DNA of 53,950 nucleotides, taken from NCBI GenBank assembly GCA_049273895.1, contig JBASRQ010000165.1, positions 1 through 53,950 of the forward strand, in the 5' to 3' direction. The DNA is from Thermoplasmata archaeon. GTDB lineage: Archaea; Thermoplasmatota; Thermoplasmata; UBA10834. Shown here piece after piece: positions 18,944 to 28,832 of the stretch. Below the pieces are notes generated by a model. It made no database searches, had not been told where the DNA came from, and saw only the letters and a list, made by a program, of their open reading frames with translations. The stretch's first letter is position 1. Each line of letters starts with the position of its first letter. The translations under genes were made by a program, and so were the position numbers.

Positions 18944-20164
18944 ATGGGCTTCCACACCCTGGATGATTTCGATCTCAAAGGGAGGCGAGTTCTTCTCAGA
19001 ATTGATATCAATTCTCCAGTTGACGAGAAGACCTTGAGGCTGCAGGATGGTTCGAAGATCAAGTCGTCCGTGCCGACGATAAGGGAGCTTATGGACAGGA
19101 GTGCGAAGACAGCAATCCTAGCACACCAGGGCAGACCCGGAGATTATGACTATATCCCTTTGAACGAACACGCAGCTTACATGAGTCAGTACCTGGGTCG
19201 AAGGGTCGTATACGTCAACGATCTTATGGGCGCGCATGCCGTCAGAGCCATCGAGGGACTGGGAGAGGGGCAATGCATCCTGCTCAAGAACGTGAGGGAC
19301 TTCTCTGAGGAGCAGGCCAAGAAGACGCCGGAGGAGCATTCTGAATCAACGCTGGTGAGATCGCTCGCCCCATTGTTTGACGTCTTTGTGAACGATGCTT
19401 TTGGCTCGTCACACAGGGCGCATGCTTCTTTGGTGGGGTTCACTCCGGTCCTACCCTCCGCTGCGGGTAGGCTGATGGAGAACGAGGTCAAGACGCTCAC
19501 ACAGGTGTTTCAGAGTCCAAAGAGGCCTTCGACATTCATTTTCGGCGGAACGAAGTTCGCCGACGCTCTACACGTCATCGAGACGCTCTCGGAGAGAGAG
19601 CACGTGGACAATATACTTGTAGCCGGCTTGGCAGGGTATGCCTTCCTTTGGGCACTGGGGAACAACATCGGGTCGAAGACGGAGGCTCTAGTGAAGAAGA
19701 CCGTTACGGACGAGGTCGTCAGGGATGCAAAAAGGCTTCTGTCAGATCACGGCTCGAAGCTGCACCTCCCTGAGGACGCCGCCATTGATGTTGACGGGCA
19801 ACGCGTCGAGCACATGCTGGAGAGCATCCCCGATGACGCATCCATCAAAGACATTGGGGCAGCCACCATAGAGAAGTTCAGGAGGATCGTGATGTCCTCG
19901 AGGACCGTATTCTTGTCAGGTCCTCCGGGCGTGTTCGAGAAGGAGGAGTTCTGCAAAGGCACGTGCGAGCTCTTCGATGCCATTGTTGAGTCCGATGCGT
20001 TCTCCGTAATCGGAGGAGGCCATTCATCGGCGGCAGCCAACAAGTTCGGGTACATCTCGAGGATATCCTATGTCAGCACAGGTGGGGGCGCCCTTGAACG
20101 GCTGTTGCTGGGAAGGCAGATGCCCGTCGTCGAGGCGCTCAGAGCTTCGGCGAAGAGGTTCTAG
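18944..20164 (+). CDS. pgk: phosphoglycerate kinase
   Basis: MGFHTLDDFDLKGRRVLLRIDINSPVD is a canonical archaeal PGK N-terminus, and STGGGALERLL lies near the C-terminus. ATG 18944 is preferred over track GTG 18857. Confidence 0.92.
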   Translation: MGFHTLDDFDLKGRRVLLRIDINSPVDEKTLRLQDGSKIKSSVPTIRELMDRSAKTAILAHQGRPGDYDYIPLNEHAAYMSQYLGRRVVYVNDLMGAHAVRAIEGLGEGQCILLKNVRDFSEEQAKKTPEEHSESTLVRSLAPLFDVFVNDAFGSSHRAHASLVGFTPVLPSAAGRLMENEVKTLTQVFQSPKRPSTFIFGGTKFADALHVIETLSEREHVDNILVAGLAGYAFLWALGNNIGSKTEALVKKTVTDEVVRDAKRLLSDHGSKLHLPEDAAIDVDGQRVEHMLESIPDDASIKDIGAATIEKFRRIVMSSRTVFLSGPPGVFEKEEFCKGTCELFDAIVESDAFSVIGGGHSSAAANKFGYISRISYVSTGGGALERLLLGRQMPVVEALRASAKRF

Positions 20165-20799
20165 CCGTACGGAAAACCTTTGCTGCCGCCGCCACCGAGT
20201 ATCGTTCCGCCGATTGATCTTGCCCTGATGAGCCCTCTGAGCGGCACGCCGTCAATCTCGTTCAGGCTGCTCTTGTTGACAATGACAAGCACCAACACGG
20301 GAACACCACCAGCTTCCTTGATGTCCGCAATGGCTCCCTTGAGCGTCGCGCCTGTGCTGAGCACATCGTCTATGATTATGATCTTCTTGCCATTTGCGAC
20401 GGACGCGAAGTTCGAGCTGAACGCCCCTCCGGCCTGGCTCTCCGCATGCGGGCGATAGACTCCCATGTCCAAGCCCATTATCTCGGCCAGAAGAGTCGCG
20501 AACGGCACTCCGTTGATTGAGACTCCGAGCACGACATCAGCATCCTGGTCACGCTTGCTCAGTTCCTCGAGAGCGATATCCGCCATCAGTTCTGACATCA
20601 ACCCTACGCGGTATCCGGACACGCCGACCGACCTCCAGCCTATCTTCACATCAGACGGGGGGAGGCCTTCCGCTCCGTACTCAATCAGGTAGTTGACAGT
20701 ATCCACGGAGAGATGAAGCTCATCTGCGATTTCCCTTACGCCCAGGCCCTTCTTCCTGAGCACCTTGGCATTGGCTGCCAATTCCTTTACATCCACCAT
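20161..20799 (-). CDS. PyrE-like phosphoribosyltransferase-domain transcriptional regulator (GfcR-like)
   Basis: N-terminal HTH (LRKKGLGVREIADELHLSVDTVNYLIEYG) fused to a PRTase domain with the PRPP loop KIIIIDDVLSTGATL. Start taken at MVDVKEL (20799). Confidence 0.7.
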   Translation of the reverse strand: MVDVKELAANAKVLRKKGLGVREIADELHLSVDTVNYLIEYGAEGLPPSDVKIGWRSVGVSGYRVGLMSELMADIALEELSKRDQDADVVLGVSINGVPFATLLAEIMGLDMGVYRPHAESQAGGAFSSNFASVANGKKIIIIDDVLSTGATLKGAIADIKEAGGVPVLVLVIVNKSSLNEIDGVPLRGLIRARSIGGTILGGGGSKGFPYG

Positions 20800-20834
20800 C
20801 TTACCACAGCTCGGAAATGCATCGTGTCCCAATA

Positions 20835-21746
20835 TTAACCTTTCTGCGGGCATTTCAAGCTCTCAAGGGAGCCAATCATCGCAACCAGTGTCTTGTTTAG
20901 CGGTGCCGGAACACCATCGTGCTCGCCGATGACGCAGAAAGCACCATTGATCTGGTCTATCTCCGTCCTCTTTCCCCGCTCAACATCCTGGAGCATGCTG
21001 GACAAGTTCCTCGCTGTATCCGCCGCGACATCGCGCACGCGAGTCTTCATAGACCTGCCGCTGAGACGAATTCCTTCGGCTCTTGCGATCTTGACGCATT
21101 CCCAGCAGACCTCGGTCACGAACCTTGATATGATTGGACTTGCCAGTATCTTCCCGTTCGGAACTCGCAGAACCGCAGTAGTGGGGTTCATGCACGCGCT
21201 GACCACTGCTTTCGCCCATATCTCGCAAAGGATGTCCTTCTTCACAGTCGTCGGAACTCCTGCTTTTGAGAAGGCGCCTGCCACCTTCGCCGCGCTGGCG
21301 GGATCCAAATCTGCGCCGATGATCGTCATGCCCATGCCTGATATCCTCACTGTGCCTGGCGAGAGCAAGGTCGCTCCCATGGTCGTAGTCCCGCCAAATG
21401 CTTTGCTTCCCTTCCACGCCCTGAGAAGCTCTAGGTTGCCCAAACCATTCTGAAGCGTCAGCACCAACGTTTCCTCCCGCACCCAAGCGCGGCAGGCGTC
21501 CACAGCATCTGCCGTGTCGTAAGCCTTGGTGGTGACAATCAGCAGCTCAGGAGGCATGAGGCCGCTAACGCGCTCGTGCGCTTCCAGCTTGACGAAACGA
21601 TTCCTGTCGCCGACGAGAGTGAGCCCGTTCGTGTTGATCTCTTTGACTTGTGGTCTTCTGCCAATAAGGACTACCTCGTTCGTCCTCGCCAGGAGACCAC
21701 CAAGAGCGATCCCTAACGAGCCGGCCCCAAAAATGGCAATGTGCAT
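20835..21746 (-). CDS. panE: 2-dehydropantoate 2-reductase (ketopantoate reductase family)
   Basis: N-terminal MHIAIFGAGSLGIALGGLLA Rossmann motif and C-terminal SSMLQDVERGKRTEIDQING, typical of ApbA/PanE. Confidence 0.85.
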   Translation of the reverse strand: MHIAIFGAGSLGIALGGLLARTNEVVLIGRRPQVKEINTNGLTLVGDRNRFVKLEAHERVSGLMPPELLIVTTKAYDTADAVDACRAWVREETLVLTLQNGLGNLELLRAWKGSKAFGGTTTMGATLLSPGTVRISGMGMTIIGADLDPASAAKVAGAFSKAGVPTTVKKDILCEIWAKAVVSACMNPTTAVLRVPNGKILASPIISRFVTEVCWECVKIARAEGIRLSGRSMKTRVRDVAADTARNLSSMLQDVERGKRTEIDQINGAFCVIGEHDGVPAPLNKTLVAMIGSLESLKCPQKG

Positions 21747-21770
21747 CAGTTGATGCTGACCAACCTGCGT

Positions 21771-22745
21771 CTATTTGTGATTTGTTCCACGCCGGGCGGC
21801 TTCAGCCGCGATATGAGCGACACGAGTCGGTTCTGGCACACGGTGCTTCAGGAGCCTAACTGCTATGTTCTTTGCCTGCTCGGGGGAGACTCTGTGACCC
21901 GCAGAAACGTACACTGGCTTGCCCGATCTTTCACCGAACAAGGCATGGCCCACAAGCTTGCCCTCCAATGTGACCTTGCTCACACCCTCGGACCGACGAA
22001 GGGAGATCTCGCCGCACAACAGCTTCTTTGCGACCCCGATGGTAGGTATGTCGAAGACAACCCCGACTTGGCTCGTGATGCCGAACATCTCGGGATGCAG
22101 GATACCGTTCCCATCATACATCAGGACCGCTTGGTCATCGACCAAGTTCATGAGCGGCTCGATGAGAGGGATTTCCCTGAAGGCCAGATAGGTCGGGACA
22201 TAGGGGAACTTCGCGGTCCCCTTCGCGACATGTCTTCCAACCTCTTTCCCAGACTCGAAATCGAACTCGACGAGGGCTGACCACGCATGCTCGTCAGAAT
22301 AAGCGACGTCTACTCCTGCGACTGATTTGATAGCTCCTCTGTGCTCCTTCAGTGAAATATGTCGCCTCAGGTCGGCCTGTTTCTTTCGCAGTCTCCTTAG
22401 AGGATAGTTGGCTTTGAAATCCGAGAATAGGATCTTGTCAAGATTCACGATCCTTGCTCCCGAAATCTCAACCCCTTCTCCGCGAAGGAGCTCAATCTTC
22501 TTTTCCGGGCCTCCCCCAGTATAGCCGCCGACGTGTCCGTCCGACTGGACAACGCGACGACAAGGAACTCTCTCAATATCCTCGTTCCTGCTCATCGCGA
22601 GCCCGACAAATCTGCTGGCAACAACGTCTCCCAAAGCTTTCGCGACCTCGCCATATGTCGTCACTCGTCCCTCTGGCACTTGGGCCACGAGGTCATAGGT
22701 CTCCTTCCACAGATCCGGAAGATCGCCAATCGAGGCCGATTGCAT
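21771..22745 (-). CDS. fusion protein: O6-alkylguanine-DNA alkyltransferase-like domain + endonuclease V
   Basis: N-terminal half: VPEGRVTTYGEVAKALG...VPCRRVVQSDGHVGGYTGG (MGMT DNA-binding/active-site domain). C-terminal half: VAGVDVAYSDEH...HPEMFGITSQVGV...PVYVSAGHR (Nfi). The start could also be 22826. Confidence 0.85.
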   Translation of the reverse strand: MQSASIGDLPDLWKETYDLVAQVPEGRVTTYGEVAKALGDVVASRFVGLAMSRNEDIERVPCRRVVQSDGHVGGYTGGGPEKKIELLRGEGVEISGARIVNLDKILFSDFKANYPLRRLRKKQADLRRHISLKEHRGAIKSVAGVDVAYSDEHAWSALVEFDFESGKEVGRHVAKGTAKFPYVPTYLAFREIPLIEPLMNLVDDQAVLMYDGNGILHPEMFGITSQVGVVFDIPTIGVAKKLLCGEISLRRSEGVSKVTLEGKLVGHALFGERSGKPVYVSAGHRVSPEQAKNIAVRLLKHRVPEPTRVAHIAAEAARRGTNHK

Positions 22746-22803
22746 CGAACCGTGGACTGCACCTGAAAGTATTAAATGTGTCCTGGCACAACTACGACTT
22801 GCG

Positions 22804-23829
22804 ATGTCGTCGAATTCGCTCCTCAATTACCGCAGGATCCTCAAGGGGGATGAGAGAGCCAAGTATCTGAAGGCCAAACAGGCCAGAGTCGACGTCGCCC
22901 TGGAATCCGACGAGGCGATTCTGTGGAATGCGCATGAGCACGCCCTGAGACATCCAAGACAACGAATGGGTGAGACCTCCTTGCTCGACCTGAAGGTCGA
23001 GCTGGGGCACCGGATGCTGGACAACTGTCGCCTGTGCGAACGGCGATGCGGGGCGAGAAGAAGCTCAATGGAGACAGGTCACTGCGGAGTCTTGGACGCA
23101 AGGATAAGCAGCGAATTCCTGCACATGGGCGAAGAGCCGGATCTTGTGCCTTCCTACACGGTCTTCTTCTCCGGCTGCACCTTCAATTGCGTCTTCTGCC
23201 AGAACTGGGATATCAGCACCAGGCCTGGATCTGGCATCACAATCAGTCCAAGAGCCTTGGCGAGGATGATTGAATCTAAAATCGATGGGGCAGACAGACC
23301 CGGAGGGCCAGGTGGCTCACTCAGACTCGCTAGAAACGTCAATTGGGTCGGGGGAGATCCGACATCGAATCTGCCGTACATCTTGGATGTCCTGCGAGAG
23401 TGCAAGGCGAATCTTCCCCAAGTCTGGAACTCCAACATGTATCTGACCGAGGATGCGATGAGGCTCTTGGACGGGATCATCGATGTGTATCTGACCGATT
23501 TCAAGTACGGCAATGACAAATGTGCGCTCAGGCTGTCGAACGCGCCCGACTATCTCAGGATAATCGAGAGAAACCACATCACGGCCAGGGGACAAGCGGA
23601 AGTGATCATCAGGCATCTCGTTCTCCCAGGACACGTTGAGTGCTGCACGCGTCCGGTGCTCTTTTGGGTCGCCGAGAACCTGCAGGACGTGTTGGTCAAC
23701 GTCATGGCCCAGTACCGCCCGGAGCATAGAGCGGCGAATTACGAAGAGATATCGCAACCCCTGAGCTTGGCAGAACATCGAAAAGCGTTGAAGATTGCGG
23801 AGCAGTTAGGCCTTGAGCTTTGCCATTAG
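22804..23829 (+). CDS. radical SAM protein, PflX-like (pyruvate formate-lyase activase homologue)
   Basis: CxxxCxxC motif CTFNCVFCQNW, preceded by the Cys-rich segment CRLCERRCGARR...GHCG. Confidence 0.8.
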   Translation: MSSNSLLNYRRILKGDERAKYLKAKQARVDVALESDEAILWNAHEHALRHPRQRMGETSLLDLKVELGHRMLDNCRLCERRCGARRSSMETGHCGVLDARISSEFLHMGEEPDLVPSYTVFFSGCTFNCVFCQNWDISTRPGSGITISPRALARMIESKIDGADRPGGPGGSLRLARNVNWVGGDPTSNLPYILDVLRECKANLPQVWNSNMYLTEDAMRLLDGIIDVYLTDFKYGNDKCALRLSNAPDYLRIIERNHITARGQAEVIIRHLVLPGHVECCTRPVLFWVAENLQDVLVNVMAQYRPEHRAANYEEISQPLSLAEHRKALKIAEQLGLELCH

Positions 23830-23909
23830 CTAAGTGCTGCTGGCTGGCACACAAAGTCGCACGAACTACATCTAGAACGTCTTAAGTACAGACATTGTAA
23901 TCCATTCGC

Positions 23910-24803
23910 GTGGATTCCGCAGAAGCTATCAATGCGTTGCGGCTTGTCTCCGGCGTCTCTGTCCTGGCCTATGCCTCTGTTCTGGACCTGAGAACAAGAA
24001 AAGTGCCCAACATCCATTGGATCGGGCTCGCCGCGGCAGGTCTTGGCTTCATCCTGGCGCAGTTGATGCTTGACGAGAAGCCGCTTGAATATCTCCTCAT
24101 CTTCGTGCCGATATTGGCAATTCTTGCGGACATCTACTGGGGTTCGGAAGAGGAAAGCGCGAAAGCGCGATTCGCGACTATCGGGAAGTACGCATTGGCC
24201 GTGGTCTCCATTCTGCTGTTGGCCTATTTGTACGGAGATGCCGAGTACTTCCAGCACCTCCTGGCCGTCCCGTGCATGATGCTGTTCGTCGTGGCGCTGT
24301 ACATGCTAGATGCTATTCGCGGAGGTGCAGATGCCAAGGCGCTCATCTCTCTCTCAATCCTCTTCCCGTTCTATCCTGTGTTCGGCTCGTATCCACTCCT
24401 CCACGCTCATTCACCCTCAGCAGAGATCCTCTTTCCATTCTCATTCGGTATCCTGGTCAATGCAGCAATCATCGTGGCGCTCACTCCGCTTGCATTTCTT
24501 GTCCGTAACCTCGTAAATAGAGAGTTCGAGTTTCCTCTTGGTCTGCTCGGATACAGGATTGAGGCGACGGAGGTCGCGCGGAAGCATGTCTGGCTCATGG
24601 AGAGTATCGTGGACGGCAAGCACACCACACACGTTAGACCGCGGAACCAGGAGAACCAGAGCTCGGACATCGATCTCCTGGTGAAGGCTGGTCATAGGAG
24701 AGTCTGGGTGACGCCGAAGATTCCGTTCATTGTCCCGATCCTGGCGAGCTTGATCCTGACCGTTGCTGTCGGGAATTTGCTGCTGCTAATCTTTCCTCTT
24801 TGA
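23910..24803 (+). CDS. A24-family aspartic peptidase (archaeal prepilin/preflagellin peptidase type)
   Basis: Polytopic membrane protein with a first catalytic Asp context SVLDLRTRKVPN and a second IRGGADAKALISLSI (GxGDxK-like). Confidence 0.78.
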   Translation: MDSAEAINALRLVSGVSVLAYASVLDLRTRKVPNIHWIGLAAAGLGFILAQLMLDEKPLEYLLIFVPILAILADIYWGSEEESAKARFATIGKYALAVVSILLLAYLYGDAEYFQHLLAVPCMMLFVVALYMLDAIRGGADAKALISLSILFPFYPVFGSYPLLHAHSPSAEILFPFSFGILVNAAIIVALTPLAFLVRNLVNREFEFPLGLLGYRIEATEVARKHVWLMESIVDGKHTTHVRPRNQENQSSDIDLLVKAGHRRVWVTPKIPFIVPILASLILTVAVGNLLLLIFPL

Positions 24804-25439
24804 CGGACATTCGTCGCCAAGAGGGCACGAATCGCAGAGCGGCGTCTTTCTGCATCGGGTCTTGCAGTGAATGACGATCAAGGCATGCGTCTCGGCGTAG
24901 TCCTTGACATTCCGGCGAAGCGACGACTCGAATAGCCGCTTCGTCGCATCGCATTCTATGCTCGTAGTCATCTCCAGACGAGCAAGCAAGCGATACGTGT
25001 ATGCATCGACAACGAAGCTGGGTCTGCCAAGCGCATAGAGCAGAATCGAGTCTGCCGTCTCCGGACCGATCCCTGGGATCCCAAGCAACTCAACTCTCAA
25101 CCTGTCTACAGGACGAGCACGCATGAGTTCGAAACTGCCGCCATACTTCTCGACGATGTACTTCGAGAATGCAATGAGATACCGCGCCTTCTGCCGATAG
25201 AATCCAGATGGGCGAATCGCACTCTCCAATCTAGCAGTGCTCGCTCCGACGATTGCTTTCGGAGACATGAGACCCCTGCGCTTTAGATTAGCAACCGCCT
25301 TCTCCACGTTCACCCAAGCGGTGTTCTGAGTCAGAATGGCCCCAGCCATTATCTCAAAGGTACTTTCTCCAGGCCACCAATTAGATTCACCATACTCGGC
25401 CCGAAGCATGCGCAACAGTCTGGGAATGGTCAGTGCCAT
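24786..25439 (-). CDS. endonuclease III-related HhH-GPD protein
   Basis: AILTQNTAW, HhH IPGIGPETADSILLY, VVDAYTYR and a C-terminal Cys cluster CKTRCRKTPLCDSCPLGDEC. Confidence 0.8.
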   Translation of the reverse strand: MALTIPRLLRMLRAEYGESNWWPGESTFEIMAGAILTQNTAWVNVEKAVANLKRRGLMSPKAIVGASTARLESAIRPSGFYRQKARYLIAFSKYIVEKYGGSFELMRARPVDRLRVELLGIPGIGPETADSILLYALGRPSFVVDAYTYRLLARLEMTTSIECDATKRLFESSLRRNVKDYAETHALIVIHCKTRCRKTPLCDSCPLGDECPSKRKD

Positions 25440-25456
25440 CCTGCACCCTCCCGGAA

Positions 25457-26479
25457 TCAGACCACCAAGTTGATATCAGAGCCGCACTTGCCGCACTTGT
25501 TTCCTTTGAGATTGGCAGATTGTACCCAGAACCCCTCTCTCTCTATCACGCGCGTCCCGCACTTTGGACAGTAGGTGTCGTCCTTATCCCCCGCGAAAAC
25601 GTTGCCGAGATAGACGAACTCCGCCCCCGACTTCCGAGCTTGTTCATACGCTTGGGTGAGAGTCTTCTCCGATGTTTTTGGCACCCTCGTGAGCTTGTAG
25701 TCCGGATGGAATGCGGAGAAGTGTATCGGGACCTCGGCTCCCAGCGAGTCGACCGCCCATTTCGAGAACTCAGAGATCTCATTCATAGAATCGTTGTGCT
25801 CCGGGATTATCAAGTAAGTGAGCTCCACATGGATTCCCAGCTCGACCGCCACCTCGCATGCCTTCAGGACAGGCGCGAGTGTCCCGCCGCAAATCTCTTT
25901 GTAGAACTGCTCTCTGAATGCCTTGACATCGATGTTCATTGCGTCAATCACGCCTTTCAGTTCTCTGAGCGGCGCTTCCTGGATGTAGCCGTTGGTGACG
26001 TAGTTCGTCCTCAGTCCGGCAGCGTGGGCAGCCTTCGATGCGACCGTTGTGAATTCGTGCCAGATGGTTGGTTCGTTGTAGGTCCAGGAGACCGAGCTTG
26101 AACCCGTGTTCCTGGCATATCTGACGACGTCATCAGGTGTGATCGGGGTCAAATCGAACTGACCGAACTTCGCCCTGGAAATGGTGAAGTTCTGGCAGTG
26201 CTGGCAGAAGAGGTTGCAACCGATGCTCCCGAAGGAGATTGACGTGGTTCCCGGTAGGAAATGAAACAGAGGCTTTTTCTCGATTGGATCAGGATGTATC
26301 GAGGAAGCTAGGCCGTAGATCAAGGAATAGAGGGTTCCAGATCTATTCTCCCGTACGCCGCATAGTCCTCTCTTGCCATCTGCCACTAAGCAAGAATGAG
26401 GACAGAGGCTGCATCTGACCTTTCCGCCCTCTCTGGCATAGAACTGAGCCTCATTGCTGGCGTGACCGGAAGTGCTCAT
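25457..26479 (-). CDS. AmmeMemoRadiSam-system radical SAM enzyme
   Basis: N-terminal CSLCPHSC...GLCGVRENRSG, SAM cluster GCNLFCQHCQNF and C-terminal zinc ribbon CPKCG...CGKCG. The overall pattern matches that family. Confidence 0.78.
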   Translation of the reverse strand: MSTSGHASNEAQFYAREGGKVRCSLCPHSCLVADGKRGLCGVRENRSGTLYSLIYGLASSIHPDPIEKKPLFHFLPGTTSISFGSIGCNLFCQHCQNFTISRAKFGQFDLTPITPDDVVRYARNTGSSSVSWTYNEPTIWHEFTTVASKAAHAAGLRTNYVTNGYIQEAPLRELKGVIDAMNIDVKAFREQFYKEICGGTLAPVLKACEVAVELGIHVELTYLIIPEHNDSMNEISEFSKWAVDSLGAEVPIHFSAFHPDYKLTRVPKTSEKTLTQAYEQARKSGAEFVYLGNVFAGDKDDTYCPKCGTRVIEREGFWVQSANLKGNKCGKCGSDINLVV

Positions 26480-27428
26480 AGCCGAGGTTCTCCAGCTTCT
26501 CGCGCTTTCCGTTGTCTATGAGTATGTTCTCCTCGCCGCTCGTGACCTTCCCTATGACGGTCATGGGGCAGCCGCACTCTCCCGAAAGCTTGGCGAGATC
26601 GTCCTCCGCCTCACGCTTGATTGTGAACAGAAGCTCGAAATCATCTCCGAAGTTGAGAACCAAGTCCTTTTGCCGCTCCAGGTCGTGGAAAGCCAGTTCG
26701 ACCTCCTTGGCCTTCGGAATGCGCGCGTAGTCCACCTCGTAGGTCATGCCGGAGCTGCTTGACATCTCGAATATCGAGGTGGAAAGGCCATCGGAGATGT
26801 CCATGGCGGAGGTGACGAATCCGGACCTGCTCAACAGCATTCCCTCGCGAACTCTCGGCCACGGTCTCTTCAGAGCGTCCTCTGCTTCCTTCAATCCCAA
26901 GGCTCTCTTCAGCGAATAGAATCCGGAGCCGGCTCTCCCGAGGTTGCCAGTGACTGCTATTAGGTCTCCTGCCTTCGCCCCTTTCCTCAAGAGAATGCCC
27001 TCTTTCGCGACTTCGCCGAACGCGGTTCCGCAGAGGACGAGGTCGTCGTGTTCCTTGGTGTCGCCGCCAACGATGCTCGTGTTGAACCGCCTAGCGCAGT
27101 CGTTCATCCCGTCGACCATCTGCTCGATGAACTCGATCGGGTGGCCCCTCGTGATGCCGATCGCAGTGACAAGGCCGAGCGGGGTGCCGCCCATCGCTGC
27201 TATGTCGCTCAGGTTGACCGCGATGATCGACCAGCCAATATCGTAAGGTCCCATTCCCTTCGGGATGTGGGCCTTTGTCACCATCATGTCGGTCGTGATC
27301 AGGAGATATCTGTTTCCGATGTCGATTGCGGCACAGTCGTCGCCCGGCCCAATCGTCGCATCGCTCTTGATGATCCTCTCGATGATCCTGATCGTTTCTC
27401 TCTCGCCCAGCGTGCCCAGCGTCTTCAT
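26451..27428 (-). CDS. thiL: thiamine-monophosphate kinase
   Basis: AIR-synthase-related fold signatures GPGDDCAAI, LITTDMMV and GGDT. Confidence 0.85.
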   Translation of the reverse strand: MKTLGTLGERETIRIIERIIKSDATIGPGDDCAAIDIGNRYLLITTDMMVTKAHIPKGMGPYDIGWSIIAVNLSDIAAMGGTPLGLVTAIGITRGHPIEFIEQMVDGMNDCARRFNTSIVGGDTKEHDDLVLCGTAFGEVAKEGILLRKGAKAGDLIAVTGNLGRAGSGFYSLKRALGLKEAEDALKRPWPRVREGMLLSRSGFVTSAMDISDGLSTSIFEMSSSSGMTYEVDYARIPKAKEVELAFHDLERQKDLVLNFGDDFELLFTIKREAEDDLAKLSGECGCPMTVIGKVTSGEENILIDNGKREKLENLGYEHFRSRQQ

Positions 27429-27551
27429 GACTGGTACACATTCTCCACGGGCTATTAAGACTTTTCAACGGCAGAGCGGAGCTGTTGCTGGACAGCATGA
27501 CAAGCCTTAACGTACTAATATGGGAAGCCCTATTCCTGCGCGGTCATCTTA

Positions 27552-28802
27552 ATGCGAGTCGAGGTACCGTACGGAGAAGGCAGGGAAATCGTGGAGGTTC
27601 CCGACGGGAACCTCGGCGAGATCGTCTACCAGAAGGATGTCAAGGCGGACGACAAGGTTCAGATCGTTCTGGACGCTGTGAAGAAGCCTGTCAACTCGAA
27701 GCCACTCCCGGAGTTCCTGAAGGGGGGGAAGAACGTTTTGGTCATCGTCAACGATGCCACGAGGCCCACCCCTACATGGAGGATAATCAGTGCGATCCTT
27801 CCCTTTCTGATCAACAAGAAAGTGAAATACCTTGTCGCGACTGGGATGCATCGAGCCCCGACAGAGGAGGAGTTCAACTACATCTTCGGTGACTTGTATC
27901 CTCAGATCAAGGAGGACGTCCACGTTCACGATGCGAAGAAGAGCGAGACGGTTTTTCTGGGGACTTCAAAGAAGGGCACTCCGCTCAAGCTGAACAAGTT
28001 GGTCGTGGATGCGGACAGAATCATCGTGGTCAGCAGCGTCGAGCCTCACTACTTCGCCGGCTATACAGGCGGCAGGAAGTCCTTTCTTCCGGGTGTGTCG
28101 GCCTACGAGACAATAGAGGCGAACCACAGACTGGCGCTCAGCATAAATGCTCAGTCGCTTAAGCTCGCTGGGAACCCCGTCGCGGAGGATATGGAAGACG
28201 CGATGAAGGCTCTCAAGGACAAGATGATATTCTCGATAATGGTCGTGTTAGACAAGAATCACAGAACATGCTGCGCCTACGCGGGAGACCTGTGGGGAGC
28301 CTTCCGAAAGGCGAAGGATATGGCAGATGACGTCTTCGTCATCGATCTGAAGAAGAGGGCCGATATCGTGGTGGCTGTCACGGCGTTCCCCTACGACATA
28401 GACCTGTATCAGTCGCAGAAAGCTCTCGACAACGCGAAGTTCGCTGTGAGAGACGGCGGAATCATCATTCTCGTCAGCGCTTGCCGGGACGGAGTTGGCC
28501 CGCCCAATTTCCTCGATCTGCTCGGAAGCGCGAACACGCCGAAGGAAGCTTTGGACAAGATCGCTCAGGGGTACAAGCTAGGCTACCACAAAGCGGCGAA
28601 GATGGCGGAGATAGGGCTGAAGTGCAGGATGTTCGCGGTCACCAAATTAGATCCCGCGACAGCAAAGAAGGCGCATCTTACGCCTGTCAACAGCATCCAA
28701 GAAGCAGTGGACATTGCCATCCGCGAGTTAGGGCCAAAGTCCAAGGTGACGTTTATTATGGACGCTGTGATTACAGTCCCCAGAATCCTGGGAACGCAGT
28801 GA
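27552..28802 (+). CDS. LarA-family (nickel-pincer-dependent 2-hydroxyacid racemase/epimerase-like, DUF2088) protein
   Basis: MRVEVPYGEG...VNDATRPTP...ATGMHR...YTGGRKSFLPG matches LarA-family landmarks, including the GGxK segment that carries the cofactor-binding Lys in LarA. Confidence 0.75.
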   Translation: MRVEVPYGEGREIVEVPDGNLGEIVYQKDVKADDKVQIVLDAVKKPVNSKPLPEFLKGGKNVLVIVNDATRPTPTWRIISAILPFLINKKVKYLVATGMHRAPTEEEFNYIFGDLYPQIKEDVHVHDAKKSETVFLGTSKKGTPLKLNKLVVDADRIIVVSSVEPHYFAGYTGGRKSFLPGVSAYETIEANHRLALSINAQSLKLAGNPVAEDMEDAMKALKDKMIFSIMVVLDKNHRTCCAYAGDLWGAFRKAKDMADDVFVIDLKKRADIVVAVTAFPYDIDLYQSQKALDNAKFAVRDGGIIILVSACRDGVGPPNFLDLLGSANTPKEALDKIAQGYKLGYHKAAKMAEIGLKCRMFAVTKLDPATAKKAHLTPVNSIQEAVDIAIRELGPKSKVTFIMDAVITVPRILGTQ

Positions 28803-28832
28803 AACCCCTGTTATTGACGAGCAAATGATGCT

